From assembly GCA_028279745.1 (NCBI GenBank), contig JANQNC010000001.1, forward strand, positions 330,001 through 362,000: a stretch of 32,000 bases of DNA, in the 5' to 3' direction. Both the position numbers and the translations under genes were made by a program. The DNA is from Candidatus Nanoarchaeia archaeon (GTDB taxonomy: Archaea > Nanobdellota > Nanobdellia > Woesearchaeales > JANQNC01). Of the stretch, positions 7,052 to 15,917 are shown piece after piece; within the stretch, counting starts at the first letter, position 1; every line of letters begins with the position of its first letter. Under the pieces are notes generated by a model. It was given only the letters and a program-made list of their open reading frames with translations. It was not told where the DNA came from and searched no databases.

Positions 7052-9088
7052 CTAAGCTTGAGTAACTCCTCCAACTTCTTCTTTCTTAGCAACATCTTCT
7101 CTTTTCAACAGAGGCTGCCCATCTATAGGACAACAATGATGTTCTCCTACAACATATCCATGATCTGGACATACACTAAATGTCGGAGTTATCGTAAAGT
7201 AAGGAAGCCTGAAATTTTCGGCAATCCGCTTTACCAGTTTTTTACAAGTCTGTTCATCACTAATCTTCTCACCCAAGAAACCGTGTAATACAGTTCCGCC
7301 AGTGTATTTTGTCTGAAGGCTGTCCTGAAGCTCTAAAGCTTCGAATATATCTTCAGTGAATCCAACTGGAAGTTGGGATGAGTTAGTGTAGTAGGGTTCT
7401 TTGTCTCCTTGCTGGATTATGTCATGGTACTTCTTCTTATCACTTCTTGCGAGCCTGTAAGACGTTCCTTCAGCAGGGGTCGCTTCTAAGTTATACATGT
7501 GTCCAGTCTCTTCCTGGAATTTTGTTAATTTGTCTCTCATGAAGTCAAGGATATCTTCAGCAAAAGCTTTCCCTTCCTTAGATGTTATGTTATATTCAGG
7601 ACCTAAAAAGTTAAGCAGTGCTTCATTCATGCCCACTAAACCAATTGTACAGAAATGGTTGTCCAAAGTTCCCAAATATCTTTTTGAGAAAGGCATCAGT
7701 CCTTTTTCCATGTTATGTTCAACAAGTTTCCTCTTGATCTCTAATGACTCTCTTGCCATATCCATCAATTTTTCTATCCTTTTGAACAATTCTTCTTTAG
7801 ATTGTGATAAGTAACCAATTCTTGGAAGGTTTATAGTTACAACTCCAACTGAACCAGTCATCTCTGCTGAACCAAACAATCCTCCCCCCCTTGACTTAAG
7901 CTCTCTCATATCCATCTGAAGTCTGCAACACATACTTCTTACATCTCCAGGATCAAGTGTTGAGTTGATGAAATTCTGGAAGTAAGGTATCCCATACTTA
8001 GCAGTCATCTCAAACAGAAGTTTCGCATTTGAAGAGTCCCAATCAAAATCACTAGTTATGTTATAGGTCGGGATAGGGAAAGTGAATATTCTTCCGTTAG
8101 CATCTCCTTCAGTCATAACCTCAATAAATGCTCTGTTGATCATCTCCATCTCTTCTTTACAATCACCATACGTAAAATCTTGTCTTTTTCCACCAACAAC
8201 AGCTTTCTTTGTCTTCATGTCTTCAGGACACACCCAATCTAAGGTAACGTTACTGAAAGGTGTTTGACCTCCCCATCTTGAAGGAACGTTCATGTTAAAC
8301 ACAAAACCTTGAATGCTTTGTTTAACTTCTTTGTAGCTCAAGTTGTCTGTTTTTACAAATGGTGCTAAGTAAGTGTCAAAGCTTGAGAATGCTTGTGCAC
8401 CTGCCCATTCATTCTGTAATGTACCGATAAAATTAATCATCTGCCAAAGCGCAGAAGCTAAATGTTTTGGCGCTACTGAATCTATTTTTCCAGGCACACC
8501 GTTAAATCCTTCTTCTAATAACTGTCTTAAACTCCAACCCGCACAGTATCCCGCAATCCCCATGCTTAAATCATGGATGTGGAAGTCCCCATTTATGTGA
8601 GCTTGACCTATCTCTTTAGGGTACATCTTGTTAAGGGTGTAGTTTGCTATAACTGTTCCCGCAGAATGCATCAAAAGTCCTGATAAAGAATAGTTCATGT
8701 TACTATTTTCATTAACTCTCCAATCAGACTGCATCAAGTAACCATCCATCGTCTTTTGGACATCTAAAGCAAAAGACTCTCCTTTCCTTAACTCTTCGTG
8801 CTGTTTCCTGTAAAGAATGTAAGCCTTTGCTGTCTTAGCATGGCCACCTTCAATAAGTGTCTTTTCTATTAAATCTTGAATAACTTCAATTGTAGGAATT
8901 GCATTACTCCTAAAGAAAATATCTAAAACAGAAATAACTTTATGTGTTAATTTTTTTGCCTTATCATAATCTTCCCCGCCAACTGATTTTACTGCTTTGA
9001 AAATTGCATCAGTAATCTTACTTTCATCAAATAGAACTATTGTACCATCTCTTTTTTTTACTCTTTTTATCGTATACGATTCTGCCAT
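7052..9088 (-). CDS. nrdD: Anaerobic (class III) ribonucleoside-triphosphate reductase, large catalytic polypeptide lacking the glycyl-radical motif
   Basis: 678 aa. N-terminal ATP-cone (YTIKRVKKRDGTIVLFDESKITDAI). Finger-loop region SMCCRLQMD...GGGLFG...GSVGVVTINLPR. C-terminal TPTFSVCPDHGYVVGEHHCCP. No RxxGY motif before the stop. SD GAGGTG at 9098-9103. Confidence 0.9.
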   Translation of the reverse strand: MAESYTIKRVKKRDGTIVLFDESKITDAIFKAVKSVGGEDYDKAKKLTHKVISVLDIFFRSNAIPTIEVIQDLIEKTLIEGGHAKTAKAYILYRKQHEELRKGESFALDVQKTMDGYLMQSDWRVNENSNMNYSLSGLLMHSAGTVIANYTLNKMYPKEIGQAHINGDFHIHDLSMGIAGYCAGWSLRQLLEEGFNGVPGKIDSVAPKHLASALWQMINFIGTLQNEWAGAQAFSSFDTYLAPFVKTDNLSYKEVKQSIQGFVFNMNVPSRWGGQTPFSNVTLDWVCPEDMKTKKAVVGGKRQDFTYGDCKEEMEMINRAFIEVMTEGDANGRIFTFPIPTYNITSDFDWDSSNAKLLFEMTAKYGIPYFQNFINSTLDPGDVRSMCCRLQMDMRELKSRGGGLFGSAEMTGSVGVVTINLPRIGYLSQSKEELFKRIEKLMDMARESLEIKRKLVEHNMEKGLMPFSKRYLGTLDNHFCTIGLVGMNEALLNFLGPEYNITSKEGKAFAEDILDFMRDKLTKFQEETGHMYNLEATPAEGTSYRLARSDKKKYHDIIQQGDKEPYYTNSSQLPVGFTEDIFEALELQDSLQTKYTGGTVLHGFLGEKISDEQTCKKLVKRIAENFRLPYFTITPTFSVCPDHGYVVGEHHCCPIDGQPLLKREDVAKKEEVGGVTQA

Positions 9089-9146
9089 CCTTATCTACAC
9101 CTCTATTTTATGTTGTCACTCACCCGAAACAAGAATTTTGGGTAAA

Positions 9147-9196
9147 ACACAACAGGTTGTGGTTGAGAACTGGTTGAACCACAACATCTTGTGGTT
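9147..9196. promoter_or_regulatory. Two tandem NrdR-box-like palindromes upstream of nrdD
   Basis: ACACAACAGGTTGTGG (9147-9162; perfect CACAAC-ag-GTTGTG core) and AACCACAA-catc-TTGTGGTT (9177-9196; perfect 8-bp arms). Centres are 32 bp apart. They lie between the TATA-like element and the nrdD start. Confidence 0.6.
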
Positions 9197-9212
9197 ATTA
9201 GGATTTTTAATC

Positions 9213-9220
9213 TTTATAAA
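9213..9220 (-). promoter_or_regulatory. TATA-box-like element of the nrdD operon promoter
   Basis: TTTATAAA flanked by an A-rich BRE-like stretch on the minus strand (aaaatatTTTATAAAga). It is the only such element in the 292-bp intergenic region. The predicted TSS falls inside palindrome 2. Confidence 0.4.
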
Positions 9221-9380
9221 TATTTTGTATTTTGAAAGTATATTGTGGAATAAATATATTATGTTGAGACATTACAAGAGAAGAGTAACACGTGTCGAAT
9301 GGAGATTAAATTAGCGTTGTTTTTTGAATAAAAAGATAAAAATAAATCTTTGAGAAAGGTTCATCACTCTACAAGAAAAA

Positions 9381-10886
9381 CTATTTCACACCATAAATGT
9401 CATAATATTTCTCTTTCAGATAAGATAAAAAGTCCTCTGGAGTGATCAATCTGCCAGTTGCCCTCTTGATTATGTCTTTAGTAAGCATAGTTGAACCATA
9501 CCTATGAACTTTCTTATGAAGCCAGTCATGGATTGGAGCTAAATTGCCTTTTCTTATGTTTTTGGTGATGCCCTCCTTTTCCATCTGGGTAAAAAGCATA
9601 GCTGAGTACAATGTACCCAATGCATAAGTTGGGAAATAACCGAAGTAGCCTTCACTCCAGTGCATATCCTGTAATGCCCCTTCAGCATCATTTCTTGGAG
9701 TTATTCCCATATACTCTTTGTATTTCTTGTTCCATGCTTTTGGCAAGTCTTTTACTTTCAGTTTTCCTTCAACTAAGTCTAGTTCCAGCTCGAACCTTAT
9801 TATTATGTGAAGACAGTAAGTTATTTCATCACCCTCAATCCTTATGAATGAGGGTCTAACTTGGTTGATAAGCTCATAGAAATTTCTCATATCTGTATTT
9901 TTTAGGCACTTAAACTGTTTCTTGTAAAATGGATAATAGAATTTCCAAAAGTCTAAGCTTCTACAGACCTGGTTTTCCCAAATCCTTGATTGAGATTCAT
10001 GAAGCCCATAGGATGGGGCGTCTGCAAGAATAGTGTACCTCAATTTAGGATCGAAGTCCAATTCATATAATGCGTGACCTGCTTCGTGAGCAGTTGAGGT
10101 AAATGAGAACATCGGCTGGCCTTCCCTGTATGCAGTTGTAATCCTAACATCATCTGCTGCAACAGTTAAAGTAAATGGATGTACTGAAGTTGAGATAATA
10201 CTTCTGTCAGCTTCCATACCCATCAGTTTTGTTAAATCTTTTACAATTACTTCTTGAGACTTTTCTGGGAAGTCCATCTTTTTCAGCAAATCTTTTTGCT
10301 GCTTGTACTTTTTGGTCTTCTTGATATTATTTAGTATCTCGATAAGTCCTTCTTTAAGCGCACCGAATATGATCTTAATATCTTCATATTTCATGCCTTC
10401 TTCAAAATCATCCAAGAAAACATTGTAAGGATGTATTTTTGGGTTTATTAGTTTCGCTTCTTTAACTTTCAGAGCTAAAACCTTTTCAAGATAAGGTTTG
10501 AAAATACTGAACTTCTTTTTCTCTTTAGCTTCCTCCCAAGCAGCTGCTGACTTCATAACAATCTTTGAAAACTTCTCAACATGAATTGAAGGAATCTTGC
10601 TTAATTTCTTAATTTTCTTTTGATGTTTATCAACAACCAGCTTATCTATCTTTGAAAGCTTTTTGTAGTTATTAGGTTTAGATAAAGTTTTGATTACTTT
10701 CTTTAATTCATTAGAAGTTGCTTTCTCATGCATCTGCTTATTTAACATTGCTAGCTTTTCAGCTCGAAAGTTTAATCCTTTCTTTGGCATTAAAGTTGCT
10801 CTATCCCAATAAAGCATTGAAGCCATACCTTTAAGCAAATAGAGTTCTTTGTCAATCTGTTTTAATCTTTCAAGTTCTTTTTTCAT
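9381..10886 (-). CDS. M32 family metallocarboxypeptidase (Taq-type carboxypeptidase)
   Basis: 501 aa. HEAGHALYE zinc motif plus the downstream HESQSRIWEN and IRIEGDEITY motifs typical of M32. Confidence 0.85.
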   Translation of the reverse strand: MKKELERLKQIDKELYLLKGMASMLYWDRATLMPKKGLNFRAEKLAMLNKQMHEKATSNELKKVIKTLSKPNNYKKLSKIDKLVVDKHQKKIKKLSKIPSIHVEKFSKIVMKSAAAWEEAKEKKKFSIFKPYLEKVLALKVKEAKLINPKIHPYNVFLDDFEEGMKYEDIKIIFGALKEGLIEILNNIKKTKKYKQQKDLLKKMDFPEKSQEVIVKDLTKLMGMEADRSIISTSVHPFTLTVAADDVRITTAYREGQPMFSFTSTAHEAGHALYELDFDPKLRYTILADAPSYGLHESQSRIWENQVCRSLDFWKFYYPFYKKQFKCLKNTDMRNFYELINQVRPSFIRIEGDEITYCLHIIIRFELELDLVEGKLKVKDLPKAWNKKYKEYMGITPRNDAEGALQDMHWSEGYFGYFPTYALGTLYSAMLFTQMEKEGITKNIRKGNLAPIHDWLHKKVHRYGSTMLTKDIIKRATGRLITPEDFLSYLKEKYYDIYGVK

Positions 10887-10938
10887 CTAAACACCTCTCA
10901 ATGATTTTTAGAATGATTTGTATTTAAATGTTATGTTC

Positions 10939-11838
10939 TCACAACGAAATAAGAAGAATACCCACAAAAATAATGGAGATCCCTATTAATTTCTTGATCA
11001 AGATCGGCTTTGAGATCGATTCTTTAATTATTTTAGGGAAAAACAAAGTAAGGAACAACCCAACACCTAAAACGAAAAATGGCTGTACCCCCAGTACAAC
11101 ACTAACAAGTGCTGCAGGGGCTAAGCTAACTGCTAACCTGAAAAATATATTGCCTGTAATGTCAATCAAGTCGTTTGTAAGGAATAACGCGAATGTGCTT
11201 TTCTTAGCAGACTTAAGCGCAGAAAATATCTTGACCCTTGACTTAGGATGTAAGAGCAGCAATATTGAAGGAATCAAAAAACCGAATAAGTCGTAAGGAT
11301 AAACCTCAAAAAATGAAAATTTAGAGAAAAGGCTTCTTGCAATAACAAAACCAATAGAATAGAAAATTGATGACAGTATCATAAACCAAAAACCCCTTCT
11401 TAGCTTGAAAACCTTGTTAAGTTTTGCCTCGATCGAAACAAGCCAACCCCCAAAGAAAACTAAAACGAAACCTAACAACACTTTATTTGACAAAAACTCA
11501 CCCAAAAAGACAAAACCCATAATCAAAACAAAAACTGGGATAAACTGGAATAAAGGCACAACAGTAGAAGCATCATCTTTCTGCATCGCTTTAGCATAAA
11601 AAAGCAGACCAATATTGGATGCTATACCTAAACACATAGCTAGAACGATACTGAAAGCAGGCAATGGGCTTAATCCCTTAAAGATCAGTACAAGAATAAG
11701 CAAAATAACTGTGCCAAAACTGCTAAAGAAGATATAGTTAGCCATACCATTTACTCTTCTATCAATGATGAACTTATCCAGATGGTTTGTCAACCCCCAC
11801 ATAAACGGAGCAAGCAGTGCAAATAAAATCCAACTCAT
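10939..11838 (-). CDS. EamA/DMT-superfamily transporter
   Basis: 299 aa, about 10 hydrophobic helices arranged as two repeated halves, as in EamA-domain proteins. Confidence 0.65.
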   Translation of the reverse strand: MSWILFALLAPFMWGLTNHLDKFIIDRRVNGMANYIFFSSFGTVILLILVLIFKGLSPLPAFSIVLAMCLGIASNIGLLFYAKAMQKDDASTVVPLFQFIPVFVLIMGFVFLGEFLSNKVLLGFVLVFFGGWLVSIEAKLNKVFKLRRGFWFMILSSIFYSIGFVIARSLFSKFSFFEVYPYDLFGFLIPSILLLLHPKSRVKIFSALKSAKKSTFALFLTNDLIDITGNIFFRLAVSLAPAALVSVVLGVQPFFVLGVGLFLTLFFPKIIKESISKPILIKKLIGISIIFVGILLISL

Positions 11839-11912
11839 AATATATCTAATTGCTTATTTTATTATAAATGTTTTGAGAAAAAAAAGAATAAAATAAAAAA
11901 ATAAGTTAAAAC

Positions 11913-12845
11913 TTATTCTTCTAATGCTGCATCGATAACTGCTTTGAAGTTAGCAAAAGGTTGAGCCCCAGATACCATCACACCATTAACAAAGAAAGCA
12001 GGTGTTCCTGTAACTCCAACAGCAGCGCCGTCTTTCATATCTTTCTTAACTTCTTCAGCCATAGCATCAGAATCCAGACATTCATTAAATGCTTCTGTAT
12101 CTAAACCAAGTTCTTTAGCATATTCTTTAAAGCTGTCAACTCCACCTTTAACACCATCTTCAAAGAGCTTGTCGTGCATCTCATAATACTTATCTTGTTC
12201 GCCTGCACACTCTGCAGCTTCAGCAGCTTTTTGAGCATTCTGATGGAAACTTAACGGGAAGTCTCTGAATATTATCTTAACCTTTCCAGTCTCAACATAT
12301 TCCTCTCTTATCTTGCTTAGTGTTTCTCTGTAATACTTTGCACAGAACGGGCATTCAAATTCAGAAAATTCAACTATTGTAACTGGAGCATCAGCGTCAC
12401 CTTCAACAGCGTCATCATCAAGGATGGATGTCATGTCTACTTTTTCAACAGGTTTCTCCTCTGGCTTTTCTTTCGGCTCGACAACTGCAGTTACGTTCTC
12501 TGTTAAGTCTATCCCAGAAGGGAACAGTAGATTTCCATCTTTTGATAAATAGCTTTCAAACTTATTGCCATTTAAGTCAATCTCAACTTTGTATAACTGT
12601 CCAACATCCTCGACAGTTTCAATCAGAACATCTGCTCCAGGAACATTACTTTCAATGTAACCTTTTACAGCTTCAGATGCATCCTCTTCAGATACGTCTG
12701 ATGTAGTTGATGAACCTCCAATAACTGCTGTTATGATCCATGCTACAGCTATTACAATTGTTGCGATCATCCAAACATTAACTTTTGATTTCTTTTTACT
12801 AACTTTTTTATGTTTTACACTTTTTTTAGATTTAGTTTCAACCAT
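11913..12845 (-). CDS. Membrane-anchored DsbA-family thiol:disulfide oxidoreductase
   Basis: 310 aa. Basic N-terminus plus a single TM (VWMIATIVIAVAWIITAVIGG), then a thioredoxin-fold domain with FECPFCAKYY (CxxC) and GTPAFFVNG. Confidence 0.8.
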   Translation of the reverse strand: MVETKSKKSVKHKKVSKKKSKVNVWMIATIVIAVAWIITAVIGGSSTTSDVSEEDASEAVKGYIESNVPGADVLIETVEDVGQLYKVEIDLNGNKFESYLSKDGNLLFPSGIDLTENVTAVVEPKEKPEEKPVEKVDMTSILDDDAVEGDADAPVTIVEFSEFECPFCAKYYRETLSKIREEYVETGKVKIIFRDFPLSFHQNAQKAAEAAECAGEQDKYYEMHDKLFEDGVKGGVDSFKEYAKELGLDTEAFNECLDSDAMAEEVKKDMKDGAAVGVTGTPAFFVNGVMVSGAQPFANFKAVIDAALEE

Positions 12846-12954
12846 ACCTACCCCCTCACTGAGTTTTTTAGTCGTAATATGCGCGAATGCTTTATAAAAC
12901 TTTTCTTTAAGCTTTTGCTAAACCTTTATAAATAAAACAAGGATTTCTGAAGGT

Positions 12955-13773
12955 ATGGACGACAAAATAATCAAATTATTGAAGAAATACACAGGCCATA
13001 GGCATGTAAGGCTTACAGATAGAGGCAACAGTGCCATTTTTGCAGCCTTGCACATAGCCATGAATGCCAATAGAAAAGCTTTCTTCCTGATACCTGACCA
13101 AGGCGGTTGGGTTTCATACAAAACATATCCCGAGTTGTTGAAGATGAATGTAAAAGAGGTAAAAACCAACTACGGAGTTATTGATCTAGAAGATCTTAAG
13201 GAAAAGGCCAAGACTGGCAGCGCACTTATTTTAAGCTCATTTGCAGGATATTTTGCAGAGCAGCCAATGGCAGAAATATCAAAAATCTGCAAAGAAAACA
13301 AATGTCTATTGATCGAGGATGCTTCAAGCGCGATAGGTGACGACTTACTTTGTAATGGCGATCATTCAGACATTATCGTCGGTAGTTTCGGGAACTGGAA
13401 GCCCGTAAATGTTGGGTATGGGGGTTTTATATCAACTAACAGCGGAACATATCTGCAAAACGCATCAGTCCCTTTCTCTCTAACAAAAGTTTACCCAGAT
13501 AGCCATAAAGAGATCTTAAAAAAACTAACAAACTCACCCAAACGGATAGAGCTATTCATTGAAGCTGCAAAAAAGGTAAAAGAGGATTTGTCACAATACA
13601 ACATACTGCATGAGAGCAAAAGAGGCCTTAATGTGGCAGTAAGATACGAATCAGAAAAGGAAAAACAAGAGATAATTGCGTATTGTGAAAAGAATAACTT
13701 TGACTATGTAGAATGCCCAAAATACGAAAGGGTAAATGAGGACGCAATAAGCATAGAGATTAAGAGAATTTAG
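12955..13773 (+). CDS. Short fold-type-I PLP-dependent enzyme, DegT/DnrJ/EryC1-like
   Basis: 272 aa. LIEDASSAIG...GSFGNWKPVNVGYGGF is collinear with the DegT-family motif (viEDaAqa.G...fSF...K...GeGG). TATA-like TTTATAAA about 30 nt upstream of the ATG. Confidence 0.5.
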   Translation: MDDKIIKLLKKYTGHRHVRLTDRGNSAIFAALHIAMNANRKAFFLIPDQGGWVSYKTYPELLKMNVKEVKTNYGVIDLEDLKEKAKTGSALILSSFAGYFAEQPMAEISKICKENKCLLIEDASSAIGDDLLCNGDHSDIIVGSFGNWKPVNVGYGGFISTNSGTYLQNASVPFSLTKVYPDSHKEILKKLTNSPKRIELFIEAAKKVKEDLSQYNILHESKRGLNVAVRYESEKEKQEIIAYCEKNNFDYVECPKYERVNEDAISIEIKRI

Positions 13774-13834
13774 TCACTTTAAAGTAGTTACAAAACCGAA
13801 AGGTTTATATACTAGTTCTGCAGTTTATAACAAG

Positions 13835-14587
13835 ATGGAATCTAAAGAAAACAATAAAATACCAGAATACACCTTAGATACGAGAATAGAAAGGGCTATA
13901 CCCGTATGGGAAAAATTAGGTATGTCTGAAGAAGATGTGATCAGGACCAAAACCGGGATAGGCAACATCGAATTCTATTTTCACAAGTTCACAGATCCAC
14001 GAATGACTCACATAGACCCAAAACAGCTAAGAGAAGCGATAATGGAAGAGAAAGAAGAACTGGTCGAGATTGAGAAAAAATATGGGTTGAGCGATTATGA
14101 TAAAAATTTAGGCAAAGCAAAACAACTTTCGCTAAAGAACGGCATACAAGCTATGTACGACTCACTAAACGCAGGGAAACCTGTTGGTCTGATAGGCAAA
14201 CCCGGATGTGGAAAATCAACACTACTTGAAATAATAAAAGAAACAGATGATGAAATAATAACAATCGATGAATTCTGGAAGGAAGGATCTCCAAACTTTG
14301 AAGAAAAGAAAGATGAGTTTGAATATTTAGTAGATGTAAATGAAAAAGTAATTGTTGCAGGCGCGCAACTTGACGATAACCAGCATATAAAAACTGTCGC
14401 TTACCTGCATCTTGACGAAAGATCAAGAAAAAGCAACATAAGACTAAGACAAAACTATACAGACAAAAATGATGATGGAGCAAGACTTGACTATTTCGAA
14501 GCGTTCAGCATAATTGACAACTTCTTATACGGACTACAAAAAATAAAAGCAAACATAATCATCGATTCAAGCAGCATAAGATACTAG
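13835..14587 (+). CDS. Hypothetical P-loop NTPase/kinase-like protein
   Basis: 250 aa. Walker A motif GKPGCGKST in mid-protein. No further family assignment possible by eye. Confidence 0.5.
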   Translation: MESKENNKIPEYTLDTRIERAIPVWEKLGMSEEDVIRTKTGIGNIEFYFHKFTDPRMTHIDPKQLREAIMEEKEELVEIEKKYGLSDYDKNLGKAKQLSLKNGIQAMYDSLNAGKPVGLIGKPGCGKSTLLEIIKETDDEIITIDEFWKEGSPNFEEKKDEFEYLVDVNEKVIVAGAQLDDNQHIKTVAYLHLDERSRKSNIRLRQNYTDKNDDGARLDYFEAFSIIDNFLYGLQKIKANIIIDSSSIRY

Positions 14588-15015
14588 AGTAACAGACTGA
14601 TTAGCTTGAATAGAATAACTGGTGCAAAGAATAACAAACTTAACTTGAACTGTTTCTTTACATCTTTACCAATCAATGATGCAGAAGGCAGACCGAACAA
14701 AAATATGAATGCCGAAATCATTAACTTTTCTGGAGAAAAGAAAAAAATAGCTCCAAAAACAGAATAGTAAATTGGTAATTTGATCGGGAACTGGTACATC
14801 ACAGTGCTAACTATAAATAATGCAACAGTTATAGCATAAACCTTAACATGCAACGAGTAAAGAAAAAAACTCACAATCACAAGGACTAACAAACGTTGTA
14901 AAAGACTAAAATATTTCTTTCCCGGTTCTAACTCTTCTTTGGTGTAATGTCTGATTACAAGACCAATTACAAATCCTAAAAAGACAACAATTGCCGAAAG
15001 AAAATAGTTTAACAT
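14584..15015 (-). CDS. Hypothetical integral membrane protein
   Basis: 143 aa with about 4 hydrophobic helices. Starts 1 nt after the PAC2 gene stop, so probably an operon. Confidence 0.5.
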   Translation of the reverse strand: MLNYFLSAIVVFLGFVIGLVIRHYTKEELEPGKKYFSLLQRLLVLVIVSFFLYSLHVKVYAITVALFIVSTVMYQFPIKLPIYYSVFGAIFFFSPEKLMISAFIFLFGLPSASLIGKDVKKQFKLSLLFFAPVILFKLISLLL

Positions 15016-15016
15016 T

Positions 15017-15817
15017 TTATCCTATATAGTTAGTCTCATCATCTCTGATCTTTTTTGAAAGTTTTTCCTTAACCGACTTCTTAGAAACTTCACTGAACTC
15101 ATTAGCTTTCTTAACCATGTCAGTTTCTAATTCCTTAATCTCTTTATCCAGCCTCTTAAGATTTACTCCGATCTTGTACTCTTTGTCCAGAATCTTAAGC
15201 ATAACTCTTGCACCATTAACACCCAAAAACATAGGATGACCAAATGTTTCTGATAACAAAGCGATACTCTTTATTCCTTTCTTGCCTGCCATGCCTAAAA
15301 GAACTCCTGTAACACCGATTATAGGACCAACAATCCCATAAAGTTCTTTTTTCACATCATGTTTTTTAGCAAATGTGTCTATAACATCAGGGTCTGTGCC
15401 AGTAATGAAAACTTTAGGCTCTTTGGGGATCTTTTGAAGACCGATACCCCCTAAAGTCACAACCTCTTTGCAGTTCAGCTTTTTCAGTATTGTCTCAACC
15501 AAAGTTTCACAGAACTGATAACAAGATTTTTCTTCTGCAGGCTGGACATCTCCTGATAAAAGCAAAATATCTCTTGATTTTCCTTTGACATAATAGATTT
15601 CAACTTTTGGAAGCTCGACCAAATTGTTTTCATTAACAAAAACTGAATGTGGAAATGAATAAGAAAAAACATCGTACAACTTTTTGGCATTTTTAGAGTC
15701 GATCATAAAATCAACTGCAACCTTACCCACATTACCAATGCCGGGCAAACCTTCTATCAAAACAGGCTTTCTAAGTTTAGGCATACGTTTTGTTGCAAGT
15801 TTAAAGTGCCAATTCAT
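15017..15817 (-). CDS. PAC2-family proteasome assembly chaperone
   Basis: 266 aa. The N-terminal VLIEGLPGIGNVGKVAVDFMI motif is characteristic of the archaeal PAC2/COG1938 family. Confidence 0.75.
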   Translation of the reverse strand: MNWHFKLATKRMPKLRKPVLIEGLPGIGNVGKVAVDFMIDSKNAKKLYDVFSYSFPHSVFVNENNLVELPKVEIYYVKGKSRDILLLSGDVQPAEEKSCYQFCETLVETILKKLNCKEVVTLGGIGLQKIPKEPKVFITGTDPDVIDTFAKKHDVKKELYGIVGPIIGVTGVLLGMAGKKGIKSIALLSETFGHPMFLGVNGARVMLKILDKEYKIGVNLKRLDKEIKELETDMVKKANEFSEVSKKSVKEKLSKKIRDDETNYIG

Positions 15818-15917
15818 TCATTTTAGGATGAAGTAGTTATTTATAAAGGTTTGGTGAGAAAGGTTTAAATAATGTAAATGCCAAAATAAGGTCTAACTCT
15901 AATCGAGGTGATTATTT

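Noticed and set aside
7000-7054. Explaining the nrdD split as an intron, an intein or a simple frameshift pseudogene
   Set aside because: The gap is only 52 nt, which rules out an intron or intein. The downstream ORF has its own canonical SD and ATG. A recent frameshift or assembly error cannot be fully excluded without reads, so it remains the stated refutation test.
9288-9295. ACACGTGT 8-bp palindrome upstream of the nrdD promoter
   Set aside because: It is short enough to occur by chance, occurs only once and has no partner site.
8997-9314. 105-aa plus-strand ORF spanning the nrdD 5' end and the regulatory region
   Set aside because: It overlaps the well-supported nrdD N-terminus antisense and runs through the palindromes and TATA element. 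It has no SD and looks like an AT-rich chance ORF.
10928-11296. 122-aa plus-strand ORF antisense to the EamA transporter
   Set aside because: The minus-strand product has coherent TM periodicity across 299 aa. The plus-strand ORF has no start signals.
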